DNA of 33,974 bases from a virus. Taxonomy: Duplodnaviria > Heunggongvirae > Uroviricota > Caudoviricetes. The notes below the pieces were generated by a model. It saw only the letters and a program-made list of their open reading frames with translations, was not told the DNA's origin and made no database searches. A program made the translations under genes and the position numbers. Shown one piece after another: positions 26,182 to 33,974 of this stretch. The DNA lies in IMG/VR virus record IMGVR_UViG_2711768075_000013, positions 1-33,974 of that record. One strand, written 5' to 3'. The stretch's first letter is position 1. Each line of letters begins with the position of its first letter.

Positions 26182-26431
26182 GTTTGTTATCCTCAAAACG
26201 CACGGTAAAACGTGAAACACCAATCCCCGACAGGAACGCGGCGGCACGGTCAAGAGACAGCCACGTCTTGTAATCGCCACGGCGTTCCTGTAGAAAATAG
26301 GACACCCCGGCGCGGCGATTCACAGCGAAGAGGTGATACACACCATCGAACCGCTGCACGACGAACTCATCCACGCCACCGCTTTCAGCCTGCTGCCGGA
26401 AGGCTGCCATTCCGATTTGTTCAATTTTCAT
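26153..26431 (-). CDS. hypothetical protein, about 92 aa, preceded by a palindromic operator
   Basis: Internal ATG at 26431 (MKIEQ...); a 28-bp palindrome lies 23-50 nt upstream; 3' end overlaps the GemA-like start. Confidence 0.4.
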   Translation of the reverse strand: MKIEQIGMAAFRQQAESGGVDEFVVQRFDGVYHLFAVNRRAGVSYFLQERRGDYKTWLSLDRAAAFLSGIGVSRFTVRFEDNKHAEKDDRSH

Positions 26432-26453
26432 AATGACCAAAACATTACTTTTG

Positions 26454-26481
26454 GCAGACCAAAACACATGTTTTGGTCTGC
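26454..26481. promoter_or_regulatory. 28-bp near-perfect palindrome (operator candidate)
   Basis: GCAGACCAAAACA-ca-TGTTTTGGTCTGC with 13-bp perfect arms; a third TGTTTTGGTC copy lies between the palindrome and the ATG at 26431. Confidence 0.45.
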
Positions 26482-26585
26482 ATTTGATTACCGTTTAAAC
26501 AACTCGCGAAATCAGGAACGTCGAGTTACGGTGATGGCTTTCATCGTGTTGTTGCTCCGTGATTCAGAAAATTCCATATCAAGCC

Positions 26586-26996
26586 TCAGTATGTGAAATA
26601 GACAGTTGCCACGCCGTTATAGTGATCAAACGACACGGCGTTTACCTCATAACTGGCCGGGAGCTTCGAGCCAAGAACGTATCCGGGCCACGTTTTCCAT
26701 GGAATTTCTCTGCGCTCACTATCGCCATATACCGTACATCCCAGTGAGCCTACAGCTTCATTAGAACGCGTGCCGCACGTTATAAATCCCAGATTTTGCT
26801 TACTGCTCTTAATGGTGATTGGGTGAACGCTGGCTGATGCATTAGCAGCACGCTGTGCCTGTTGGTTTGCGATATTCGCAGAGTTCGCAGCAGCTACAGC
26901 AGCCGTAGTCGCGGCGGTAGAGGCTACAATAGCTGCTGAAGCATGCACTTGTTGGGTAATTGTCAGCAATGCCGCCACAAAAACCATTTTCTTCAC
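26586..26996 (-). CDS. secreted / periplasmic protein with signal peptide, 136 aa (accessory moron candidate)
   Basis: N-terminus MKKMVFVAALLTITQQVHA-SA is a classic n/h/c signal peptide with an AXA-like cleavage site; strong SD AAAGGAGGTG upstream; bounded by two unusually long intergenic gaps. Confidence 0.5.
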   Translation of the reverse strand: MKKMVFVAALLTITQQVHASAAIVASTAATTAAVAAANSANIANQQAQRAANASASVHPITIKSSKQNLGFITCGTRSNEAVGSLGCTVYGDSERREIPWKTWPGYVLGSKLPASYEVNAVSFDHYNGVATVYFTY

Positions 26997-27192
26997 CTGG
27001 CACCTCCTTTACATACCGTGATTTTTCCAGCGGTTTTGGGCTGCGCTTCTGTTTCGCCAGACACCGTAAAAACGAATAGAGGACCACTCCCTAAAACCAA
27101 GATATCTATAGCGAACAACAAGCCGATTTGAGATACGGATAAGCTGTCCGGGTTTTGCTATCAGCAGTCTTGCTTTACGGTTTTTCATCGTT

Positions 27193-27381
27193 TCATTCTC
27201 CTGTATTTACCACTGACTCTGCACTGTCAGCCCTGCGGCGCGCCTGAAGTTCCAGCATTGCGGCCCGGAAATCCTGCCACCATACCTCATCGGCAACGGG
27301 GGTGTTCCGATCCAGCACCTTGTCCGCATCGGCAATCAGTCTGGCCAGGCTCTTATCGCTTATTCTGGTTTGCTGGTTCAC
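27193..27381 (-). CDS. hypothetical small protein, 62 aa
   Basis: Stop/start overlap with the upstream gene. Confidence 0.4.
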   Translation of the reverse strand: MNQQTRISDKSLARLIADADKVLDRNTPVADEVWWQDFRAAMLELQARRRADSAESVVNTGE

Positions 27382-27602
27382 TGCGCCGCCTCCTGTTTTG
27401 CCACTTTAAACGCCCGTAACATCGGGACCCTCTTACCGTAGATGACGGTTCTCATTAAAAGGCCTCCATCACTCTTATGGTGCACTTCAGGGGCCACAAA
27501 CAGCGCCGCATCCACAACCCGGCAATAGTGACGGAACTCCCAGAACCAGCAGGAAATAGTGATAACTGCGGTACCATTGTGTTCATAAAATTCAATATTC
27601 AT
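27378..27602 (-). CDS. hypothetical small protein, 74 aa
   Basis: Stop/start overlaps with both neighbours. Confidence 0.4.
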   Translation of the reverse strand: MNIEFYEHNGTAVITISCWFWEFRHYCRVVDAALFVAPEVHHKSDGGLLMRTVIYGKRVPMLRAFKVAKQEAAQ

Positions 27603-27826
27603 TTGCAGTTAAACCTCCTTTTATGGCGTTCTACGGCGGCTTTCATGGCGTTGTGCACGGTTCTTTTAATAATCCGGCGTCCCGCACTGTCATAGAACCG
27701 CCACCGGGAAGCCCCCGGATATCCGGGGAACTCAACCGCTGCGCTACCGTCATCCATCCTGTATTCGTGGCGTTCTCCGGGCGGCTGGTATATTGCTTCG
27801 GTAACACTGAGAAGTTTAAAAGCCAT
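27599..27826 (-). CDS. hypothetical small protein, 75 aa
   Basis: Stop/start overlaps with both neighbours. Confidence 0.4.
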   Translation of the reverse strand: MAFKLLSVTEAIYQPPGERHEYRMDDGSAAVEFPGYPGASRWRFYDSAGRRIIKRTVHNAMKAAVERHKRRFNCK

Positions 27827-27828
27827 CG

Positions 27829-28539
27829 TTACACCCTCCCCAGTGCCAGCGTTTTGTTGCTCTGACCATTAACCCCCTGATGCAGTCTGGCGTTTTTCCC
27901 GGCGATAAAACCGGCTGTAGCGGCAGACTCTGCACCCCGGCACGCTTTAGCGGTGCGCATATCCCCGTCGCGCAGTCCCTTGGTGCTGTGCAGGTTCTTT
28001 CTGTAAAGCTCAAGGCGGCTTTTTTCTTCCGGGGAGACGTCATACACCGCAATGACATCACGGGCACCAAAGACCCAGCCTTCGCAGAACTGGTCGCCAC
28101 GGGCCACCCGCGTGGACGGGCCGCAACGTTTGCAGTGTTTATCCTGATATTTCTTGCGCTCTGCCATCATCTGACGGGAAAGCACATCAAACGCGTAGGC
28201 CGCGATTTCCGGGCGGCTGTCAGGACCATAAAAACGAACGTAACGTTTGAGTGAACCAGAAGCCCGGTATTCGCCGGAGATGTAACACTCGACACCGAAG
28301 GCTTTACAGACCAGGTCACACAGGATGTGCATATAACGCGGCGGTGTACTGGCATCACTCGGCGCACCCGCGCTGGCAGCGTCCTGAATGTCGAACAATT
28401 CCGCGTCGTTTTCGCTGATACCATGCTGGCGCATATAAGCCTGGGCTTTTGCAATAGCGTTAGCGGCTTCTTCCGGGCTTGATGTCCCTCTTGCAAGGCG
28501 TAACAGCTTTTTAATTTTGGCGATGTATTTATTTTTCAT
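27829..28539 (-). CDS. hypothetical protein, 236 aa, DUF2786-like N-terminus with Cys-containing C-terminal region
   Basis: N-terminus IAKIKKLLRLA...AKAQAYMRQHGI resembles DUF2786; C-terminal HCKRCG / FCEGW cysteines. Confidence 0.45.
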   Translation of the reverse strand: MKNKYIAKIKKLLRLARGTSSPEEAANAIAKAQAYMRQHGISENDAELFDIQDAASAGAPSDASTPPRYMHILCDLVCKAFGVECYISGEYRASGSLKRYVRFYGPDSRPEIAAYAFDVLSRQMMAERKKYQDKHCKRCGPSTRVARGDQFCEGWVFGARDVIAVYDVSPEEKSRLELYRKNLHSTKGLRDGDMRTAKACRGAESAATAGFIAGKNARLHQGVNGQSNKTLALGRV

Positions 28540-28817
28540 GGTCGTCTGAACCTCAGCATCCTGAATTCTGAATTACGCAACTTCCGGCACGGCCTTCAGG
28601 AACGTGGGGAGTTCGTTCTGGCTGCGGTACTGAATGAGCATCTGCTGTCGATTGAGAACTGGTCGCAAGACGATTAAAACAAACGATTGTCAGATTAATT
28701 TCGCGGGCGAACTTTTTTTGCTTTGCGATATTCATAAATAAACTCTCTCTGACTCAGGCGTAAGCCAGCCCCGGCGGGTTTACGCCTGTTTTAAATAACA
28801 ATTAAAAACAAATTAAA

Positions 28818-29009
28818 TTAATGCGGTGCTTTCAGTGTTTCGATTTTAACGAAATAAGGCTCGACATTAATTTCAACCACACAACCACATTTAAAATCTC
28901 TGGCAGGTGAAACGGTTTTCACCACACGGCCACCACGCAACGCCGGATGTGCAGTGTGCATGAAGCGAGTCCCTACCGGATACTGCTTATTAAAGTTCTT
29001 CGCATTCAT
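28818..29009 (-). CDS. hypothetical small protein, 63 aa
   Basis: ORF overlapping the upstream gene by about 20 nt; followed by a long AT-rich gap. Confidence 0.35.
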   Translation of the reverse strand: MNAKNFNKQYPVGTRFMHTAHPALRGGRVVKTVSPARDFKCGCVVEINVEPYFVKIETLKAPH

Positions 29010-29223
29010 GGCGTGGCCTCCAGCCCTTCAGGTGAGCGTTAGCGCAGAACTCCGCGCGATGTTCAGCCCAGATGCGGCGCAGGGTGCTACACGGGCTTTG
29101 CGCTGCCTTGCGCCACAGTTTTTCTGCCTCATCATAATCGCCGCGTTGTTCTGCTCTGGATGCACCCAGCGAATACGCCGCGCAACGATTTCCGGCTCTG
29201 TACTCTTTGATATCCTGATGCAT
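28990..29223 (-). CDS. hypothetical small protein, about 77 aa from internal ATG
   Basis: ORF-track ORF 28990-29313; the ATG at 29223 abuts the stop of the upstream gene. Confidence 0.35.
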   Translation of the reverse strand: MHQDIKEYRAGNRCAAYSLGASRAEQRGDYDEAEKLWRKAAQSPCSTLRRIWAEHRAEFCANAHLKGWRPRHECEEL

Positions 29224-29224
29224 G

Positions 29225-29869
29225 TTAAACCCCTGCAATATCAAGCGGGATTGCGCGGTATTCATCAGAATCACCAACGCGCTCATACACACGAATATAG
29301 CTCTTGCTGCCAATCACCTGGACGGCTTCACCAATCAGCATCATGGCGTTATTCCAGCGTTCGTCCTCAATTTCGAGGCGACGCAGGGCCAGAACGCGCC
29401 CTGTGTTAATGTTGCCTTCCTTGTCCGTGCTGAATGCCTCGCTAATGATGGCTTTAATTTCAGGGCGCGCACCTTCCGTCCAGTCAGCCAGGCAATCATC
29501 AATCAGCGACTTCGCGGTCTGAATGCGTTCATCAAACGCGATACGGTCCTGCATGGCGCGCTGAATCTTGTATCGCCCGTCAAAGCTGTAAAGCGTGATA
29601 TTGCCTTTTTTGCCGCCTTTCACAGCGCCGTATTTCTCCGCCGACAGGTCAATAAATGCCTGGATATCACCAAACGCACGCAGTTTCAGTTCCCGCAGCG
29701 AGGCGGAGGCAGCAATCACCATCTCCACAAGCTCACCGACCAGCTGCTCGCGGTCGCGGTCAATATCTTTGATAAGGCTTTCAGGTGTCATTACGCCACG
29801 GGCATCCACCCAGTAACCTTCAGGCGCTTGAGTTTTCGTGTATTGCTTAACTTTATTTTCAGTCGTCAT
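29225..29869 (-). CDS. conserved Mu-like early-region protein, 214 aa (possibly DUF3164-like)
   Basis: Position in the semi-essential region; family name is from memory and unverified. Confidence 0.45.
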   Translation of the reverse strand: MTTENKVKQYTKTQAPEGYWVDARGVMTPESLIKDIDRDREQLVGELVEMVIAASASLRELKLRAFGDIQAFIDLSAEKYGAVKGGKKGNITLYSFDGRYKIQRAMQDRIAFDERIQTAKSLIDDCLADWTEGARPEIKAIISEAFSTDKEGNINTGRVLALRRLEIEDERWNNAMMLIGEAVQVIGSKSYIRVYERVGDSDEYRAIPLDIAGV

Positions 29870-29898
29870 AATTAAATTACCTCAGTGATATTTACAGA

Positions 29899-30114
29899 TT
29901 AATGTGTGTTATGTGCGCGAGGCGCAACGTTTTCAGAAAAAAGATTCACGCCGTTATAGTCATTTCTAAGCGTTTCCTTGATAACATCATGTAATCCTGT
30001 TGCCACCTGAAGCTCCCTTTTGGAAGTGCCATCCTTCGAATAACTCCCTGTAATCCGGGTAAGAGTCGCGCCTTTTTCATTGGTATAGATAATTACTTCT
30101 AATTTAACCGCCAT
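29899..30114 (-). CDS. hypothetical early protein, 71 aa
   Basis: Compact ORF in the minus-strand early operon. Confidence 0.35.
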   Translation of the reverse strand: MAVKLEVIIYTNEKGATLTRITGSYSKDGTSKRELQVATGLHDVIKETLRNDYNGVNLFSENVAPRAHNTH

Positions 30115-30126
30115 TCTGATTTCCTC

Positions 30127-30366
30127 TCATTGCCATACGACGGTACAGCCGTCGATACAGGACGTTTTAACCACGCGGCGCAGGCCGCTGAATGTCTGAA
30201 CGATTTCCGTTACCGGCCATACAGGACCACCCACAGGCGGGCAGGCATAAACCACAGGTAAACGGTGATGCTGCCCCGTTACGCGACCGCCAGTGGTATG
30301 GATAGCCACACGGGCACGGGAACGGACGGCATTAATGGCCTGCTTTTCCATCATTTTGTTCTCCAT
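30127..30366 (-). CDS. hypothetical early protein (kil-position small ORF), about 79 aa
   Basis: ATG overlaps a TGA in a TGATG arrangement inside the repeat copy; ORF-track start at 30444 looks like an upstream extension. Confidence 0.4.
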   Translation of the reverse strand: MENKMMEKQAINAVRSRARVAIHTTGGRVTGQHHRLPVVYACPPVGGPVWPVTEIVQTFSGLRRVVKTSCIDGCTVVWQ

Positions 30367-30384
30367 CAGTGAATTAACATTTCT
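30366..30384. repeat. 19-bp direct repeat, copy 1
   Basis: TCAGTGAATTAACATTTCT, identical to 30739-30757. Confidence 0.6.
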
Positions 30385-30392
30385 CTGCTGTA

Positions 30393-30725
30393 TTATCTGA
30401 GCGTAAACGCCAGTCGGGGCTGATACCGGGGCAGGTGGGCACACATGCGTGCAAGGCGGTAAGCCCGACGAAACCCCTGCAAAGTCTGCTCAAAAGGAAT
30501 AATCATTAATCGCGCACAGCATTCATCAACATCCCAGTCGTCGCTGGTATTTCCGGTTCCATTGATTTCCCGTTCACGGGAATATAAATCAATACGCAGT
30601 TCACCCGGCACGAAGCAATCAACAAACGGAATAATTTCACCGGGGGTTCCATTAAAATAAATACAACCATTACGACCGATATTCCGTAGTGCTTTAATTT
30701 CTTTTTTTACGGCAATCTGTTCCAT
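30393..30725 (-). CDS. hypothetical protein, 110 aa; inserted cassette between B and the next early gene
   Basis: ORF with RBS-like AGGT upstream of ATG; bounded by exact 19-bp direct repeats (30366-30384 and 30739-30757). Confidence 0.45.
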   Translation of the reverse strand: MEQIAVKKEIKALRNIGRNGCIYFNGTPGEIIPFVDCFVPGELRIDLYSREREINGTGNTSDDWDVDECCARLMIIPFEQTLQGFRRAYRLARMCAHLPRYQPRLAFTLR

Positions 30726-30738
30726 ACCTGACCTTTAC

Positions 30739-30757
30739 TCAGTGAATTAACATTTCT
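30739..30757. repeat. 19-bp direct repeat, copy 2 (encodes the MuB C-terminus EMLIH plus stop)
   Basis: TCAGTGAATTAACATTTCT, identical to 30366-30384. Confidence 0.6.
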
Positions 30758-31632
30758 GCGAATTTATCTATGGCCTGCACACTGACCGGCGCATCGCTGA
30801 TATCGCAAATCCGGTACACACCGCGCGCCAGTTTGAACAGGCGGCGGGCATTACCCAGCGAGCGCGCGTAAAGCGCCTCGCTGATTTCCGGTTCTGCTGC
30901 TTCCGGCATCAGCCCGGTGGCTATCTGGTTAAAATCTTCCTGCGCCAGCGTGTCGCCCAGGTTAAGCGCCAGCGCCACGCGGCTGTATAACTGCGCAAAT
31001 TCACCACGACGCCCCTTGAGATTAATCAGAAGACGAGGCATACCCGCCAGGACAACCCCGATACCCGCTTTATCATGCAGACGGCGCAGAACCTCCAGTG
31101 CGCGATAGGGGAGCAGTTCAGCTTCGTCCACCATCAGCAGACGACCGGAATCACGCAGTTCGCGCACACAGGCATCAATCAGTTCGTGAATGTTGCCGCG
31201 AACCTTTACCCCCAGCTGGCGGCACAACTCCTCAAGCAGTGTCCTGGCTGTATAGCCCGGGTCAGCCTCAATCAGGACCGCATCCCGGTTTCTGGCGGCG
31301 TATTCACGCAGAATCATTGTTTTGCCAAGGCCAGCTGCGCCATACAGCACACAGATTTCACATTCCAGGTGAGCGTAGGCCAGCACCTCCAGTCCTTTGG
31401 CAGCCATACCGGTGGTCACAAACTTTGCTTTAATACGGCGGCTGTTTTCCTTTTCCCGCTCACGGGTCACAAAGGCAGAAATGCGTTCTTCAATATCAGC
31501 CATATCGCCCTGATATTTACCCTGCAAATACTGGTTGATAACGGCGCTGCTACGACCAATTGCACGGGCGACGTGGGTCTGCGTATAGCCGCGACGGGCC
31601 ATTACGTCATTTAATTGCGTAATTAAACTCAT
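30739..31632 (-). CDS. B: DNA transposition protein B (MuB-like AAA+ ATPase)
   Basis: Walker A GAAGLGKT and Walker B LLMVDEAE; N-terminal HTH-like region; immediately downstream of the transposase. Confidence 0.85.
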   Translation of the reverse strand: MSLITQLNDVMARRGYTQTHVARAIGRSSAVINQYLQGKYQGDMADIEERISAFVTREREKENSRRIKAKFVTTGMAAKGLEVLAYAHLECEICVLYGAAGLGKTMILREYAARNRDAVLIEADPGYTARTLLEELCRQLGVKVRGNIHELIDACVRELRDSGRLLMVDEAELLPYRALEVLRRLHDKAGIGVVLAGMPRLLINLKGRRGEFAQLYSRVALALNLGDTLAQEDFNQIATGLMPEAAEPEISEALYARSLGNARRLFKLARGVYRICDISDAPVSVQAIDKFAEMLIH

Positions 31633-31650
31633 AATTAAATACCTTTTAAA

Positions 31651-33693
31651 TTAACGGTTGTTTGTGCCGTTTTTCTTTAAATTGCGCTCGCGTTCAGATG
31701 CGAATAAATAAAGTTCTTCTTTTTCCTTTTTCTCCGGGCGCTCCAGACCAAATCCAAAATTAAACTCAGATTTCTGCGTAATAGCCGGGGTAAGCTCGCG
31801 TTTCGCCTCTTCGATTTTCTGCGTGGCCCGTGCAATGCGGCCTCTGGCGCGTTTCTCCTGCTGCTGTTCGATAACAGCTTTCGGGAACGCATCAACCTTA
31901 TTACCGTTCCAGATGGCATCGCAGATATAAGAACCGTCCATCCGCCTGACAATCACGCTGTTTGCGTCGTGAATGTCGTAACAAACCCTGACTTCATTTC
32001 CGTGCTCTGCTGCCAGTTCTGTTGAGAAATAGATGTTTCTGAATAACACCACTTCACCGCGTCGCACCGTGCAGATGCTTTCCGGTCGGAACATTTCATG
32101 CAGTTCTTCCGGCGACAGCATGTCGATTTCAGCTTTCTGCTCCTTTATCAGTTTCCGGCGATACGCTGCCGGGCTGTAATGTTCACCATCCTCTTTGCGG
32201 GGAAGGCTGCTGTGTGGCCGGTTGTTATACCGTTTCACCTCCAGCTCTATTGCGGCCATCAGTTGCTCAAAGGTGGGAACTTCTCCCATAGCCTGAACCT
32301 GCCGCTTTGTCAGCTCTTTCCCTTTGTGGGTGGCCTTAATTGCTGACTGTGTGATGCGTTGCTGCATCATCACCGTTTCCTTGTCTGCATTTTTTGAGCA
32401 GTACGTCTGGAAACTCAGAGCCACATCTTTGGGTATTCCTTTGTTTGCTCGTTCTATTACCCCGCGCCCCTGCGGGTTACCAGGTATCCCCGTGTGATGC
32501 TCCACACCCAGTCGGGGCAGAATCCCGGTAATATCGGCATCAAGTACCTGGTTTTTTTCACCACCCCCGTTATCGGAGTAATAAATCAGCGGTATCCCGT
32601 GTTGTGACATGCCATGACGCAATGCATCAGCAACGGCCACTACGTTCTCCGACAGGGACAGCGACCAGCCCACAATAAAGCGTTGCCCTGCATCCATAAC
32701 CAGTGTCACTTCTGGCCGGAATGTATTCCCGGTGGCAGGGCTGAATGCCATCAGTTTCATACAGTGACCATCCCCGACCCATACCGCATTAACCGGTAAT
32801 GTGCTCCAGTCGCGCCGCACAAAGGGATTGAGCGAACGCCAGGCTGAACCGGTGGAGCGGAAACGCTCTTTAACAATCACCGGGACGCTGCTTAACACCC
32901 GTCTTACTGCGTGAACTGAAGGCAGTGCCGCCAGCATTCCCGCATCGTTCGCGTGTTTTTCATGCCACCAGGCTGAAAACTCGCGATACGCATATTCAAT
33001 GGTCGGGCGCTTCCATGAGCGATAGAACATAAAGAAATCGCTCAACCACCAGACCTGCTCCCACGGTGTTCCCTTATGATGACCGGGAGCCAGTAACGCC
33101 AGTAACTGATTGGCATCACCGCGCGCCATCAGCCAGGTGGAATACCATTCCTGTAAACATCCCCAGCTGACGCCAGTTCGCTTACCCTGTCTGGCGTTGG
33201 CAGTACCTGCGGCCTCGATAATACGCTCGGGCAATGCCATCTGACGAATACCATCAACGATGTGTTTTACTGCTGCCGTCCTGGACATTCCGGCGTATTC
33301 ACGCAGTTTATGCACTTCGGTAGCCAGCAATATCCGCGCATCAGCGATGGCCTTTTGCTTGTCGGTCAGTGCCTGAACTTCGCGTAATGCCAGCTCCGGG
33401 CATTTGACCATCACTTCCAGTTCATCGCGAACGGCGACGTTTTTAACTGCCTTCTGCTCAACCACGGCGGGCAGTTGTGCATCTTCCAGGACCTGATGAG
33501 TCAGGCGCTTACGTAAAACTTTCTGCGCTTCAGCGGGTAGGCAGTCGATGTGATACTCGAATGCTTTGGTACCTTCACGCTTGCGCCTTAATTCAGGTTT
33601 ATTTTCAATTACACGATCTAGACGCGCCCTGACATTGTGTTCACGTGTTGGTAGCCCTCCAATGCCAGCACACTCTTTTGCTGTAATCCACAT
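31651..33693 (-). CDS. A: Mu-type DDE transposase (MuA-like), 680 aa
   Basis: Size and position between ner and B; N-terminus WITAKECAGIGGLP resembles the MuA N-terminal DNA-binding domain. Confidence 0.9.
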   Translation of the reverse strand: MWITAKECAGIGGLPTREHNVRARLDRVIENKPELRRKREGTKAFEYHIDCLPAEAQKVLRKRLTHQVLEDAQLPAVVEQKAVKNVAVRDELEVMVKCPELALREVQALTDKQKAIADARILLATEVHKLREYAGMSRTAAVKHIVDGIRQMALPERIIEAAGTANARQGKRTGVSWGCLQEWYSTWLMARGDANQLLALLAPGHHKGTPWEQVWWLSDFFMFYRSWKRPTIEYAYREFSAWWHEKHANDAGMLAALPSVHAVRRVLSSVPVIVKERFRSTGSAWRSLNPFVRRDWSTLPVNAVWVGDGHCMKLMAFSPATGNTFRPEVTLVMDAGQRFIVGWSLSLSENVVAVADALRHGMSQHGIPLIYYSDNGGGEKNQVLDADITGILPRLGVEHHTGIPGNPQGRGVIERANKGIPKDVALSFQTYCSKNADKETVMMQQRITQSAIKATHKGKELTKRQVQAMGEVPTFEQLMAAIELEVKRYNNRPHSSLPRKEDGEHYSPAAYRRKLIKEQKAEIDMLSPEELHEMFRPESICTVRRGEVVLFRNIYFSTELAAEHGNEVRVCYDIHDANSVIVRRMDGSYICDAIWNGNKVDAFPKAVIEQQQEKRARGRIARATQKIEEAKRELTPAITQKSEFNFGFGLERPEKKEKEELYLFASERERNLKKNGTNNR

Positions 33694-33701
33694 AACACCA
33701 C

Positions 33702-33974
33702 CTATGCAGCGTTGCTATGCGGATTTTTATTCCGATAACGTGATGGCCAGATAACTTCCGGTTCCACACCAATCGCTTCTGCAATTGCTGATTCATATGC
33801 AGGTACGCGGCGATAAAACACGTTACGCATTGCTCCAGGTTTTAAGCCGCGTACACGCTCCATCGTAGTGATATCAACCCCTTTATTATCAAGGGCGGCT
33901 GCAATTGCTTTGCTAGACCAGTCTTGTCCGCGACGAACAAACAAGTCAGTTAGATCTTGTCTCGATAACTGCAT
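33702..33974 (-). CDS. ner: Ner-like DNA-binding regulator (Nlp family); ATG is at the window edge, N-terminus may be incomplete
   Basis: C-terminal motif EVIWPSRY shared with Mu Ner; sits immediately upstream of the transposase gene as in Mu. Confidence 0.7.
   Translation of the reverse strand: MQLSRQDLTDLFVRRGQDWSSKAIAAALDNKGVDITTMERVRGLKPGAMRNVFYRRVPAYESAIAEAIGVEPEVIWPSRYRNKNPHSNAA

Larger units (their letters stand above)
1..33974 (-). mobile_element. Mu-like transposable prophage, internal portion (both ends outside window)
   Basis: Colinear Mu gene order on the minus strand: ner, A, B, early accessory genes, Mor/C, lysis, terminase, portal, F, G, I, T, sheath, tube, tape measure, N, baseplate, tail fibre, Tfa. 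No integrase. Confidence 0.85.

Noticed and set aside
26842-27087. 81-aa Cys-rich minus-strand ORF overlapping the secreted-protein gene
   Set aside because: Out-of-frame overlap with a better-supported gene (signal peptide plus strong RBS); the translation looks like frame noise.
28553-28735. 60-aa minus-strand ORF in the long intergenic gap
   Set aside because: Low-complexity translation and no recognisable family; retained only as a possibility in a finding, not annotated as a CDS.
1-33974. CRISPR arrays, tRNA or rRNA genes, integrase or att sites
   Set aside because: No regularly spaced short repeats, no cloverleaf-like or rRNA-like segments were seen; transposable phages use a transposase rather than an integrase, and the prophage ends lie outside the window.

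Overview
The whole window reads as one Mu-like (Muvirus-type) transposable prophage lying in reverse orientation, with every credible gene on the minus strand. From right to left: Ner-like regulator, MuA transposase, MuB AAA+ ATPase, a tightly packed early/semi-essential region of small ORFs (GemA-like, DUF2786-like, a secreted protein), a Mor/C-family activator, a lysis cassette (two membrane proteins, M15 endolysin, small lipoprotein), the packaging module (small terminase, an inserted DNA methyltransferase, large terminase, portal), head genes (F, G, protease/scaffold I, major capsid T), then sheath, tube, chaperone, tape measure, N, baseplate genes and a tail fibre / Tfa pair plus a terminal S/T/N/G-rich ORF. 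Neither prophage end is inside the window. No tRNA, rRNA, CRISPR array or integrase was seen. All family assignments are from reading the translations and gene order against remembered Mu biology; no database search was run. The items most worth follow-up are the orphan beta-class DNA methyltransferase in the packaging module, a 110-aa ORF inserted after MuB and flanked by exact 19-bp direct repeats, a conserved hairpin-like motif in front of three late operons, a 28-bp palindromic operator plus secreted-protein cassette in the early region, and the AT-rich distal tail-fibre module.
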